A DNA stretch of 51,908 bases, taken from positions 1 through 51,908 of the forward strand of contig JAVVFY010000005.1 of NCBI GenBank assembly GCA_032249395.1, given 5' to 3'. Position 1 is the stretch's first letter. Each line of letters begins with the position of its first letter. The translations under genes and the position numbers were made by a program. This DNA is from Candidatus Aenigmatarchaeota archaeon (GTDB lineage: Archaea; Aenigmatarchaeota; Aenigmatarchaeia; CG10238-14; SpSt-28). The notes beneath the pieces are model-generated. The model was not told where the DNA came from, ran no database searches, and saw only the letters and a program-made list of their open reading frames with translations. Shown piece by piece: positions 37,367 through 46,645 of the stretch.

Positions 37367-37897
37367 TTATACAACTAAATCCTTTTTCAATTGCTCATAA
37401 CAATTCGGATCAAACAGTTTGACTATTTCTAGTGCAAACTCTATTGCGGTTCCCGGTCCTTGAGAGGTTATTATGTTACCATCTACAACAACTTTTTCAT
37501 CAACATAATTTCTTATTTTATCTTTCATTTTCGGAGAACAAGTGGCTTTCTTGCCTTCCAATATACCAATTCTCTCTAATATTGTTGGTGCTGCACATAT
37601 GGCTGCTATCAGCTTTCCTTTACTATTAAAGTGTTTAATAAAGTTTATTACTTGTTGGTTATTCTCCAAATTTTTATAGCCAGGATTTCCTCCAGGTAGA
37701 ACTATTCCGTCATAATCTTCTGGCTTAACATCAGTAATTATCTTATCACAAAGGATTTTTATACCATTTCTTCCAGAAACAATTTCATCTTCTATGCCCA
37801 CAACATCAACCTTTATATTAGCTCTTCTAAGAATATCTATCACAGCTACTGCTTCAATTTCTTCGAATCCTTCAGCCAAAGGAACAATCAACCTCAT
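37367..37897 (-). CDS. DJ-1/PfpI (ThiJ) family protein
   Basis: GFEEIEA, LPGG, AICAAP, TSQGPGTA. Confidence 0.93.
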   Translation of the reverse strand: MRLIVPLAEGFEEIEAVAVIDILRRANIKVDVVGIEDEIVSGRNGIKILCDKIITDVKPEDYDGIVLPGGNPGYKNLENNQQVINFIKHFNSKGKLIAAICAAPTILERIGILEGKKATCSPKMKDKIRNYVDEKVVVDGNIITSQGPGTAIEFALEIVKLFDPNCYEQLKKDLVV

Positions 37898-39172
37898 TCA
37901 CTCACCCCTGTGGATTTTGATTACATCCAATAAAATCTTTTTTGGAGTGTTATTTAAAATTTCGCTAATGTTGGGTTTTGTTCTACCATTATCTCCAGTT
38001 ATTAGTTCTTTTATGTAAAGGCCGGCAGAAGTCCTTATTATCAATTCTAAGGTTCTTTTGTTTATCAACCTGTATGAAATTTTTATTACCTTTCTCTTCC
38101 TCTCCCTATCCGACCTTCTAGCTAATACTCTTGTAGGCGTTTTTTGAAATATTATTGCACCATTTAATTGTTTTAGCTCTTTAAGCTTCTCTTTGTCTAT
38201 TGGTTTTTCGAATATTACTATTGCTCTATACGTTTTTTCAGACCTCTCCGTCTTTAGCTTTCTTATTAGTTGCTTTCCATCTTCTATAATTTTGAGGTTT
38301 CTAACTTTGACTTTCTTTGATTTGTTTATTTTTTTCTCAATATCTCTTAAATCAATTTTTCTAATTTTTGGTTTGACAATTTCTATAACGAACGGTCTCC
38401 AAGCCAAACATCTAGCATCTATGTCCTCACGCCCTTCTGCATGTATCTTACTTTTCTTTCCTTTTGTTGCCTTTAACAATGGTTTTTCTATTATCATCTG
38501 AACAGAAGTCGGATATAATAATCCGGTACCTTTACATTTCTCACATCCTTTACCCTTACAATATGGACAATGCCATGTTGCTTGTGGTATTCTTCTAGAA
38601 AGTTTTTGATATTCGCCATAAACAAATAGACTTTTAACTTGCAAACTTATTGTATTCCTTTCTAAATCAACTAAAACTGTTATATCAGGATTATCTCTAT
38701 TTGCTTTTTTACCAGTTTTCCTTTCTATAGTTTTGCCAATTTCTCTATTAAATGTAGATTTTAGCGATTCATAATATTCGGCCCCAACCTCTTCTATCAT
38801 TTCTTCTTCTTTTTGTAAAAGTTCAGAAGAGAGTTTCGTTCCAATTAGAAAAGTATCAAATTCATATTCTTTCAACTTTTCTATTATTTTGTCAACCATT
38901 TCTTCAATTTTTTCAAAAGTATTGTTGCAAAAATAGCAAGACTTTTTTTCTACCTCAACTCTTCTATTTCTAAAATTTATGCCATGAAAGTTGCTTAAAT
39001 CTATATCCAGATTTTCACCAGAGTCGAAAAACATTGCCAAAACTTGTCTTATTGTTTCTCCTCTCTCTTTGTTAGATTTTCCAGTTAACAAATTCCCAAA
39101 AGCTCTGCCTAAGCAATAATCACAAACATATCCTTTTTTCATTAGCTTAACTACACTTTCTATAACTTTCAT
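37898..39172 (-). CDS. pus10: tRNA pseudouridine(54/55) synthase Pus10
   Basis: CDYCLGR, GREDIDAR, QKTPTRV, GLYIKELITGD.GRT.P. Confidence 0.95.
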   Translation of the reverse strand: MKVIESVVKLMKKGYVCDYCLGRAFGNLLTGKSNKERGETIRQVLAMFFDSGENLDIDLSNFHGINFRNRRVEVEKKSCYFCNNTFEKIEEMVDKIIEKLKEYEFDTFLIGTKLSSELLQKEEEMIEEVGAEYYESLKSTFNREIGKTIERKTGKKANRDNPDITVLVDLERNTISLQVKSLFVYGEYQKLSRRIPQATWHCPYCKGKGCEKCKGTGLLYPTSVQMIIEKPLLKATKGKKSKIHAEGREDIDARCLAWRPFVIEIVKPKIRKIDLRDIEKKINKSKKVKVRNLKIIEDGKQLIRKLKTERSEKTYRAIVIFEKPIDKEKLKELKQLNGAIIFQKTPTRVLARRSDRERKRKVIKISYRLINKRTLELIIRTSAGLYIKELITGDNGRTKPNISEILNNTPKKILLDVIKIHRGE

Positions 39173-39756
39173 AATCCTCTCCTATCCATCTCATAATTTA
39201 CAATTGCTATTACTTGGGAAGTCAAATATTCTATTCTACCAACAGATACTTTTCTTATTTCATTTCTTAAAAGAAAATTTTCTTCCTTTTTAGGAATTCC
39301 TTTGTTATCACCCAAAATAAAAACAGAATCTTTTTTTATTTCAATATTTCCTATATCCTCACCATCCATATGTAAGTAGAAAATGTTATTGCTGCCATAC
39401 TCTTCAATTTTCTCTTTTATCAATTCTTCAAAGCTTTTTTTATCGATGTATATTCCTGGCTCAGAATTTTTCTTACCAATTGCAAAATTTTTTATTGCTA
39501 TGTTTATGTGAGATGCTATGTTTCTTTCATCAGGAGAGACATTCTTTAACTCGTTAGTGAAAAAAGTTACTGTCAGTGGTGGAGATGGCGGACCGTTTAA
39601 GACAGCATGAAATTTAACATCTTTTCTTAAAGAGTAAGATAAAAAAATTGCTGTTGAAATACATCTGGCTATTAAATCCATTCTACCCGCATTAGGCAAA
39701 TCATTTAACTTAAACTCTTTAGTTACTCCTCTAGAAAAAAGTATGAATTCCCTCAT
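39169..39756 (-). CDS. trmY: tRNA pseudouridine-54 N1-methyltransferase TrmY
   Basis: GRMDLIARC, PDERNIA, FILGDNKG SPOUT motifs; adjacent to pus10. Confidence 0.9.
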   Translation of the reverse strand: MREFILFSRGVTKEFKLNDLPNAGRMDLIARCISTAIFLSYSLRKDVKFHAVLNGPPSPPLTVTFFTNELKNVSPDERNIASHINIAIKNFAIGKKNSEPGIYIDKKSFEELIKEKIEEYGSNNIFYLHMDGEDIGNIEIKKDSVFILGDNKGIPKKEENFLLRNEIRKVSVGRIEYLTSQVIAIVNYEMDRRGL

Positions 39757-41054
39757 AATCTCAAACCAAATTGTCTCATTAACTGTTCTAATTGACCTCT
39801 TTTCAAACCTTTTATTCCACCCATACTTTTCATGAGCTTTTTCATCTTGAAATATTGATCTAAAAGTTCTCTAACTTCTTCTTCTCTTGTTCCACTCCCC
39901 CTAGCAATTCTCCTTATTCTACTATCGTTTATTATTTCTGGATTTTTCCTTTCTTCCGGTGTCATGGATTGCATCATATATTTCCACTTTTTCATTTTCT
40001 CTTCCTGTTGTTTTAGTAAATCTTTTGGTAGGCTTAATCCCGGTATCATAGATATTATATTTGATAATGGTCCAATTTTTCTTACAGACTCTATTTGTTC
40101 TATAAAATCTTCAAGAGTAAATTCACCTTCTACAATTTTTTCAACTTTTTCTAGTTTAACTACTTCTTTTGCTTTTTCCAGCAAAGTCTCTAAATCTCCA
40201 AGACCAAGCATTCTAGAAACAAACCTCTTGGGGTCGTATTTCTCAAAAGCGTCAAATTTTTCTCCAACACCAATAAACTTTACTTTTGCGCCTGTCACAC
40301 TACAAGCAGCTATAGCTGCTCCTCCTTTTGCTGAAGAATCCATCTTAGTTATTATAATTCCAGTTATTCCAACAAGTTTGTTAAATTCTTCAGCTTGTTT
40401 TCTTGCTATTTTTCCTATGTCTGCGGGCAAAACTAACAAAACTTCATCTGGCTTTATTATCTCTCCTAATTTCTTGAGTTCGTATGCTAATTCTTCATCC
40501 AAAGCGTCTCTACCTGCAGTGTCATAAATGATATAATCATAATCTTTGAATTTTTCCAAACTTTCTTTTGCTACCTCAAAAGCATCCTTACCAATAAAAA
40601 ATTTTACATTTATTTTTTCTGCAATTTGTTTTAGTTGCTCTGGGGCAGCAGGTCTATGATAATCCAACCCAACTAGGACAACCTTCCCTCTCTTTTTTAG
40701 ATAATATGCAAGTTTCCCAGCTGTTGTTGTTTTTCCACTTCCAAAAAGACCAACCAACATTATCTTTTTTCCTCTTATGTCTGTTACCTCTTTTCCAAGA
40801 ATTGAAACTAATTCATCATAAACTACCTTTATTAAATATTCTTTAAGCGTCAATCCTTCTGGAATTTTTTCACTTAAAACCTTATTCTTCACAGTTTCAA
40901 TAAATTTGTTTGTTATCTCAACGTCTACGTCAGACTGAAGAAAAATTGCTTTCAGTTCCTTCAAGAACTCTTCTACGACCTTTTCATCAACAACACTTTT
41001 ACCAATTATTTTTCTTATTACATTTTTCAATCCTTCTGAAAAAGTCTCTAACAT
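39753..41054 (-). CDS. srp54: Signal recognition particle protein SRP54
   Basis: GLFGSGKTT, DTAGR, TKMDSSAKGG, M domain SRIRRIARGSG. Confidence 0.96.
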   Translation of the reverse strand: MLETFSEGLKNVIRKIIGKSVVDEKVVEEFLKELKAIFLQSDVDVEITNKFIETVKNKVLSEKIPEGLTLKEYLIKVVYDELVSILGKEVTDIRGKKIMLVGLFGSGKTTTAGKLAYYLKKRGKVVLVGLDYHRPAAPEQLKQIAEKINVKFFIGKDAFEVAKESLEKFKDYDYIIYDTAGRDALDEELAYELKKLGEIIKPDEVLLVLPADIGKIARKQAEEFNKLVGITGIIITKMDSSAKGGAAIAACSVTGAKVKFIGVGEKFDAFEKYDPKRFVSRMLGLGDLETLLEKAKEVVKLEKVEKIVEGEFTLEDFIEQIESVRKIGPLSNIISMIPGLSLPKDLLKQQEEKMKKWKYMMQSMTPEERKNPEIINDSRIRRIARGSGTREEEVRELLDQYFKMKKLMKSMGGIKGLKRGQLEQLMRQFGLRL

Positions 41055-41078
41055 AAATCAACTTAACCTTTTAACAAT

Positions 41079-42149
41079 TTATTCTCTTTCAAAATTTAGT
41101 ATGTTGTTGATGAACTCATCTTTATCAAAATATTTTATATTTTCATAATTTTGCCCATCGCAAACAAAAAGTATTGGTTTTTTAAGCAAATAAGAAACAG
41201 AAAGTATAGCCCCACCCTTCTCATTAACATCTAGCTTTGTGAAAATTACAGCATCAATTCCAATTTCATTGTAGAATTTTGCTTGGTTAACAGCATCGTT
41301 TCCCGTCAAGCTATCTATAACCAATACTTTCAAATCAGGCCTATTTACTCTTACAATTTTCTTTAATTCTTCCATTAAATTTTCGTTTGTATAGCTTCTT
41401 CCAGCAGTGTCAGCAAGAATGACATCTATTTTCTTGGCTTCCGCATATTTTTTAGCGTCAAAAATTACAGCAGCGGGATCCGCGCCATATTTTTGCTTTA
41501 CAATAGGTACTCCAATTCTTTTTGCGTGTTCTTCTAATTGTTCTATAGAGGCAGCCCTAAAAGTATCTCCAGCAGCTAACACACATGTAAAACCCCTTTT
41601 AATTAAATAGTTTGCAACTTTAGCAATTGTTGTTGTTTTGCCAGATCCATTAAATCCAAAGAAAACTATTAGATAGTGTTTTTTGTTTTTTATCTCATTT
41701 TCTAAATTAATTTGTGGTAAACTTAGAATTTCGCTTAAACTTTTCCTCATCGCCTCAATAACAACCTCTTTTTCCTTACCTCTTTTTATTTCTTTTCCGT
41801 CTAGTTCTTTGATCAAATCATTCTTAATTTTTTCTGCGACTTCGAACGCTACATCAGCTTCAATAAGTTCAAATTCTAAATCACTTAGTAAAGGTTCTAT
41901 GTCTTCTCTCTTTAACTTTTTCTCCAAAACCTTTTTTACAATTTTTTCCTTAATTCTAGAAAGCAGACTTTTATTTTTCCTAACTTCTTTAACTTCTTCT
42001 CTTATTTCAGGTATTTTTTCTTCTACTTTTTCCTCAATAACCAATTCCGGTTTTTTTAGTATTTTTTCTTTTTCTTCTTCTATTTCTTTTTGTTTTCTTA
42101 CTATTTTTTCTGCTATTTCCTTAAACTTTTTCTTCAAAAAGTCGAACAT
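41079..42149 (-). CDS. ftsY: SRP receptor FtsY
   Basis: GFNGSGKTT, DTFRAASIEQL, DTAGR, TKLD..EKGG. Confidence 0.95.
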   Translation of the reverse strand: MFDFLKKKFKEIAEKIVRKQKEIEEEKEKILKKPELVIEEKVEEKIPEIREEVKEVRKNKSLLSRIKEKIVKKVLEKKLKREDIEPLLSDLEFELIEADVAFEVAEKIKNDLIKELDGKEIKRGKEKEVVIEAMRKSLSEILSLPQINLENEIKNKKHYLIVFFGFNGSGKTTTIAKVANYLIKRGFTCVLAAGDTFRAASIEQLEEHAKRIGVPIVKQKYGADPAAVIFDAKKYAEAKKIDVILADTAGRSYTNENLMEELKKIVRVNRPDLKVLVIDSLTGNDAVNQAKFYNEIGIDAVIFTKLDVNEKGGAILSVSYLLKKPILFVCDGQNYENIKYFDKDEFINNILNFERE

Positions 42150-42539
42150 TTATCTACCCGCCTTTCTTATGATATCTTCCAGTTTTTTTTGCTGCGAAAT
42201 AATGATTTCTATATCATCTTCTAACTCTTTCATAGCTTTTTTAAGTGTATCTATCCTTTTTTTAAGGATATCTAAAACGTCATCTTTGCTTAACTCTAGG
42301 AAGACTCGTGCTCCTATATTAACTAGAAAGTTTTCTTCTTTCAATACCCCTTTACAATAAACTCCGCTTTCAAGCGAAAAAATAGTTTCAACATCTTTTT
42401 TAAGTTCACTTAATGATGAAATAGTGTTTTCAGTTTCTTTTATACTATCTAATATTTTTTCCCTTTCTTTCAAAAGGGCTTCCATTCTAGCTTGTAAATA
42501 TGAGTATTGAATTATGGCTTCTCTTTCTTCTTCTTTCAT
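42150..42539 (-). CDS. pfdA: Prefoldin subunit alpha
   Basis: Coiled coils flanking beta hairpins (FLVNIGARVFLE); conserved position before ftsY. Confidence 0.85.
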   Translation of the reverse strand: MKEEEREAIIQYSYLQARMEALLKEREKILDSIKETENTISSLSELKKDVETIFSLESGVYCKGVLKEENFLVNIGARVFLELSKDDVLDILKKRIDTLKKAMKELEDDIEIIISQQKKLEDIIRKAGR

Positions 42540-42571
42540 AAAACTTTTTCAATTCTAACTATTTACTTTTA

Positions 42572-43048
42572 TTACACATTAATTCCAAACTCTTCCCTTG
42601 CCACTTTTTTCAAAATTTTTATTATTTCTTCTAACTGTGATTTCTTTATAGCTACAGCTCCTACACTCCTAAATTTACTCTCTGTTCTAATTAGATTGTC
42701 GTGTTTGGTTTGATTAATTCTAACAAAAGGTTCCTCACCTCTATATCTTGGTTGTTTGAAGACATCTATCCAAATAAATTCTATTGGTGAGACTTGAATT
42801 TTAGCAATAAACTTGCTTGGTCCCACCGAATAAAAAACTTTCGCAGGTCCCTTCTCATCATAGTCTATTTTCTTCTCTAATAACATTTTCTCACAAAGCT
42901 TTGTTACTGTGTGTCTATTAAGGTTTAATGCTTTTGCTATTTCAGCTATTGTCATTCCCCTATCACTCTTTTCAAGAAGCTCATATATTCTTCTTGCATT
43001 TTCAGTATCGTATTCAACTTCTTTTGATGTTTTTATTTGATCTGCCAT
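42572..43048 (-). CDS. Winged-HTH protein with extra C-terminal domain
   Basis: GMTIAEIAKALNLNRHTVTK HTH plus a C-terminal beta-beta-beta-alpha-like segment. Confidence 0.75.
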   Translation of the reverse strand: MADQIKTSKEVEYDTENARRIYELLEKSDRGMTIAEIAKALNLNRHTVTKLCEKMLLEKKIDYDEKGPAKVFYSVGPSKFIAKIQVSPIEFIWIDVFKQPRYRGEEPFVRINQTKHDNLIRTESKFRSVGAVAIKKSQLEEIIKILKKVAREEFGINV

Positions 43049-43130
43049 AGGTGTTATTCATTTTAGTATATATATAAATTTTTTCTCTACTGATGATAAG
43101 CTTATAAATTTAAGAAAGAGAATCATAATT

Positions 43131-43250
43131 GGTTGGCGGCCAGATCGGGAGGGAAACACCCGGTCTCGTTCCGATCCCGGAAGTTAAGCCTCCCGGAGGT
43201 GTGGAAAGTACTGCTCCGCATGGAGCGGGAAATCCACGTCGCCGCCAACC
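43131..43250 (+). rRNA. rrf: 5S rRNA
   Basis: GGTTGGCGGC/GCCGCCAACC helix I; ACACCCGGTCTCGTTCCGATCCCGGAAGTTAAGCC; AGTA loop; 120 nt. Confidence 0.95.
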
Positions 43251-43302
43251 GAATTTATTTCTGCAAAAATTTTAATTCTATGGTAAACTTAAAATTATAG
43301 AT

Positions 43303-43375
43303 GCCCTCGTCGTCTAGTGGTCTAGGATGCAGGCCTGTCACGCCTGAGACCCGGGTTCGAATCCCGGCGGGGGCG
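43303..43375 (+). tRNA. tRNA-Asp(GTC)
   Basis: GCCCTCG/CGGGGGC acceptor; CAGGC-CT-GTC-AC-GCCTG; G73. Confidence 0.97.
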
Positions 43376-43429
43376 TTTTTATAATAATCGAATAATACAA
43401 CCATTTAAGTTTTTCTAGTAAACATACAT

Positions 43430-43822
43430 ATGTACATTCGGCAATATTATTCGAGTCATATTAGAAGAGACGATACTTTGGGAAGCATAAGGCTATATTT
43501 AGACAAACGAGAAGATAGGTTCTCAAAGAAATATAATGATTATACTAAAGTTTACATATCTGGTAAGGATGTTGCTACTGGAATAGCATTAGTTGGAGTG
43601 GGAGCGGGATTAATATTTCTAAGTGCCACATTAGGTGCATTAATTGGTGCTCTTTTTGGGGAAATTTTAGATCACACACCATATCTTAATACTGCTATCT
43701 CAGAAACATTGAACGTAATCTTTCAAACAAACTATTTTAATGGTAATTTAGACAAACTTGGTGCTACCCTAGGATTTGTTAGCGGATTTTTCAAAAACTA
43801 CAATTTAAAATTGGAAGAATGA
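43430..43822 (+). CDS. Hypothetical membrane protein
   Basis: Gly-rich hydrophobic segments. Confidence 0.6.
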   Translation: MYIRQYYSSHIRRDDTLGSIRLYLDKREDRFSKKYNDYTKVYISGKDVATGIALVGVGAGLIFLSATLGALIGALFGEILDHTPYLNTAISETLNVIFQTNYFNGNLDKLGATLGFVSGFFKNYNLKLEE

Positions 43823-44067
43823 AAAAAGTTTTTTACTGTGTCGTTTATCATCCATAACTTACTGTAATTTGTCCTTGTTATATCGCTGTATTTATCCAAA
43901 GCAAAAAATACTGCTAACTTGCTATATCTTCTTGCTTTTCCCATATTGAAATTCTCATAAACTTCTTTTCCAATAGCCATATATCCAGGAGTTTCTATTG
44001 GAGTTGAATCTATTCCATTAAATTTTATTCTATTCCATATGGTGTCAATTCCAAAGATAAATCTCTT

Positions 44068-44353
44068 TTAAAGTCAGTAATTCCAGCCTTGCTCGCATAA
44101 TAATGAACCGGTTGCAAAAATCAAACAATAGTTCCGGCGATTGAAGTTATGTTTATTATTTTTCAATATTTTTGTTTTATCATCGTTTCAACAACATCCT
44201 TTATACAATTTGGAGTTTCTTTAAGATTTACTAAGATTTACATTGATAAACTTATATTACAATTGATTTCTCCCATCTCAACAAAAGTATCCAAGACGTA
44301 TAGAATGCAACATTGTTTACTAGTATATCTACCCTTTCAAAATACTTTAGAGT
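44068..44353 (-). pseudogene. Decayed FabG-like short-chain dehydrogenase fragment
   Basis: Manual translation gives RVDILVNN...VNLK...MIKQKY*KIINITSIAGTIV*F...HYYASKAGI (YxxxK motif). Confidence 0.75.
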
Positions 44354-44391
44354 TTATAAATTATTTTTAGATCTTCACTTATAATTTGGAG

Positions 44392-45552
44392 TTAAAACTT
44401 CCTGTAGCATTTTCCATCCTTTCCAATATAGAAGCCTTCAGGACAAGTTACGCAGATATTATTATAAGTTTGATAACCTGGAGGACATTCTAAACAAGTT
44501 TTGTTATCTGAAGCCAATCCAGTACCATTTGGGCAAGCATTAATACATTTGTTATTATAAGTGAAAGGATATTCTTTTGGACATTCTAAACAAAGATAAT
44601 TTTTGTTTCCAGTTCCTGTACCCCCAGGACATTTAGAATAACAAGAACCATTGTAGTAAAATGGATATTCTTTTTTGCATGGGTTCTTACAATAGTATTT
44701 TACCGTTGAAGTGTTTAGTGCATTTAAGCAATCATCGACAATTCTACCAACTTTGTATGTTGTATCGAACGGTATCCAAATTCCATCTTCTGCTTCAAAA
44801 TACTGAAATTCTTTTTCATTTGAATAAAAAGAGAGCTCGTTAATTATTTCTTCAACATTATTTGTTGGAAAGAAAAGTTCACTCCAAGCATGTCGACAAC
44901 CTTCAACATATCTTACTCTAACAACGCTCCCTATAGAAGCACTCATAGACGCAAAAAGTATTGCTTGGTCATCACACTTTCCAGCTTTTAATTGAATGGT
45001 TTCGTTTGGAGGCATAGCTTCAGAATAACTTCCAGGCAAGTATCTTATGTTTTCTTTTATCCATTTGTAAATTTGAAAATTGTATAGAAGGTAAGGAAAA
45101 ACCGAAGCTCCATAGTTAGGCAATAGTGAAATTGTAAAACTTTTCAAATTCTCTGCATCTATTTTTTCTTCACACTCATAATTTACAAAAGCATTTGTAA
45201 GTTTATCGTATAAATAGCTAACGTTCGGTTGATAATAAATACATTTTCCAGTTCTATTTTCATAACATTCTAAATATCCAATTTCACACTTTTGATAACA
45301 AACGCCTCTACAAAATATAGGATAGTTTTTAGGACAGTTCGAAGATTTGTATGAAATTAGTGTTGATTCAACTTTCTTTAAACTTTCGTTTTCTATTTTA
45401 AATTCTAAAGTCGGAGAGAATTCTTTTACAGTTTGATTAAATTTGTATTCTTCTTGAGTTGGAAATAAATTGTTAAAGTTATGAAATAGAAAGATCAAAG
45501 ATAATAGTAAGAAAGAGGCAAAAGTTATTAAAATGAATGTTTTATTCATCAT
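44392..45552 (-). CDS. Membrane-anchored transglutaminase-like protein with Cys-rich repeats
   Basis: N-terminal TM; GKCDDQA / HAW / WIPFDTT triad; repeated C-x(3)-YPF-x-YN-x-x-C-x(3)-CP-x-G units. Confidence 0.85.
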   Translation of the reverse strand: MMNKTFILITFASFLLLSLIFLFHNFNNLFPTQEEYKFNQTVKEFSPTLEFKIENESLKKVESTLISYKSSNCPKNYPIFCRGVCYQKCEIGYLECYENRTGKCIYYQPNVSYLYDKLTNAFVNYECEEKIDAENLKSFTISLLPNYGASVFPYLLYNFQIYKWIKENIRYLPGSYSEAMPPNETIQLKAGKCDDQAILFASMSASIGSVVRVRYVEGCRHAWSELFFPTNNVEEIINELSFYSNEKEFQYFEAEDGIWIPFDTTYKVGRIVDDCLNALNTSTVKYYCKNPCKKEYPFYYNGSCYSKCPGGTGTGNKNYLCLECPKEYPFTYNNKCINACPNGTGLASDNKTCLECPPGYQTYNNICVTCPEGFYIGKDGKCYRKF

Positions 45553-45553
45553 T

Positions 45554-46636
45554 TTATCCCTTTACAATTAATCCAAGTTCTCTAGCCTTTTCTAAAGCTT
45601 TTCTATACTCTTCTTTTGTTATCCTTCTGTTTACTTTTTCGTTTTCTAATGCTTTGAAGTAAGGGTAGTATTGATTCATAACATTCACTATACAATTTTG
45701 TCCTAAATTTTTTGAGATCCATTCTAAAATTGGAAAAGTACAACATTCAATGTGGTTTGGTAAAATTAAGTGCCTAACAACAACTTCAGCTTGTTTGTTA
45801 GCTATTAAATGATTTCTTGTAACCACATTCCAATAATTTTTTGTTCTCGCAAGTTCTTTGGAACAATCTCCTGGACCAAACTTAAAGTCAGTCAAATAAA
45901 CATCAATAAAACCATCTAAAAGTTTCATAGAAAGCTCGCTCATATACATATTACTATTCCATATTACTGGAACATTGTCATTCACATACTCGAAAACTTC
46001 GAAAATATTATGTAGAAACATGGTAGGTTCTGCACCAACTAAATTAACATTTCTGCAGCCTTCTCTCCTTCTCCTTTCTATAATCTTTGCTAATGTTTTA
46101 GGATCTATTGTTTCTCCGTCTTCTAAGCGAAAACTTATAGTATAGTTTTGACAGAAAATGCAAAACATGTTGCAAGACCAAAAGAAAATTGTGTGAGAAG
46201 GAGTAATAAAGCTTTCTTCTCCCATATGTATAAATTCTGAGGATATTCTAAGTTTATCATCAAGCTGACAAACTCCTTTTTGTCCTTTAGTTCTATCAAC
46301 TTTGCAATTCCATTCACAAAGTTGACATTTTTTTACAATTTCTTTTGCTATAAGTTTTTTAAGAGTTAGAAGATTAGTTTCGTAAAACTTTGTTTTTTTG
46401 ATTTCACTTTCTTTAAACTCTTTCATTAAACTATCATGTAGCCTCCAAAGTTCTTCTAAGCTCGCATCTTTTGGTATTTCTACTTCTAAACTTTTTAAGA
46501 GGAGAAATTTTGCAGGAATCTCATTTTTTACTATATTGACGTATCTACTCAATACCCTTTTCACATCATTGTCTTCAAGTGCTTGAAGCGCGTCAGGTCT
46601 TAAGTAAAATAGGTCAAGATATATTTTTTCAATCAT
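45554..46636 (-). CDS. Radical SAM protein, PflX-like
   Basis: CQLCEWNCKVDR, HMGEE, CNMFCIFCQN, WNSNMY, VRHLILPNH. Confidence 0.9.
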   Translation of the reverse strand: MIEKIYLDLFYLRPDALQALEDNDVKRVLSRYVNIVKNEIPAKFLLLKSLEVEIPKDASLEELWRLHDSLMKEFKESEIKKTKFYETNLLTLKKLIAKEIVKKCQLCEWNCKVDRTKGQKGVCQLDDKLRISSEFIHMGEESFITPSHTIFFWSCNMFCIFCQNYTISFRLEDGETIDPKTLAKIIERRRREGCRNVNLVGAEPTMFLHNIFEVFEYVNDNVPVIWNSNMYMSELSMKLLDGFIDVYLTDFKFGPGDCSKELARTKNYWNVVTRNHLIANKQAEVVVRHLILPNHIECCTFPILEWISKNLGQNCIVNVMNQYYPYFKALENEKVNRRITKEEYRKALEKARELGLIVKG

Positions 46637-46645
46637 ATTAATTTT

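Noticed and set aside
39964-42360. Long plus-strand ORFs 39964-40527 and 41683-42360
   Set aside because: Phe/Ser-rich antisense shadows of srp54, ftsY and pfdA. The same applies to most short overlapping ORFs in the track.
43798-43980. 60-aa minus-strand ORF
   Set aside because: No recognisable motif; it may be part of the decayed patch but cannot be supported as a gene.
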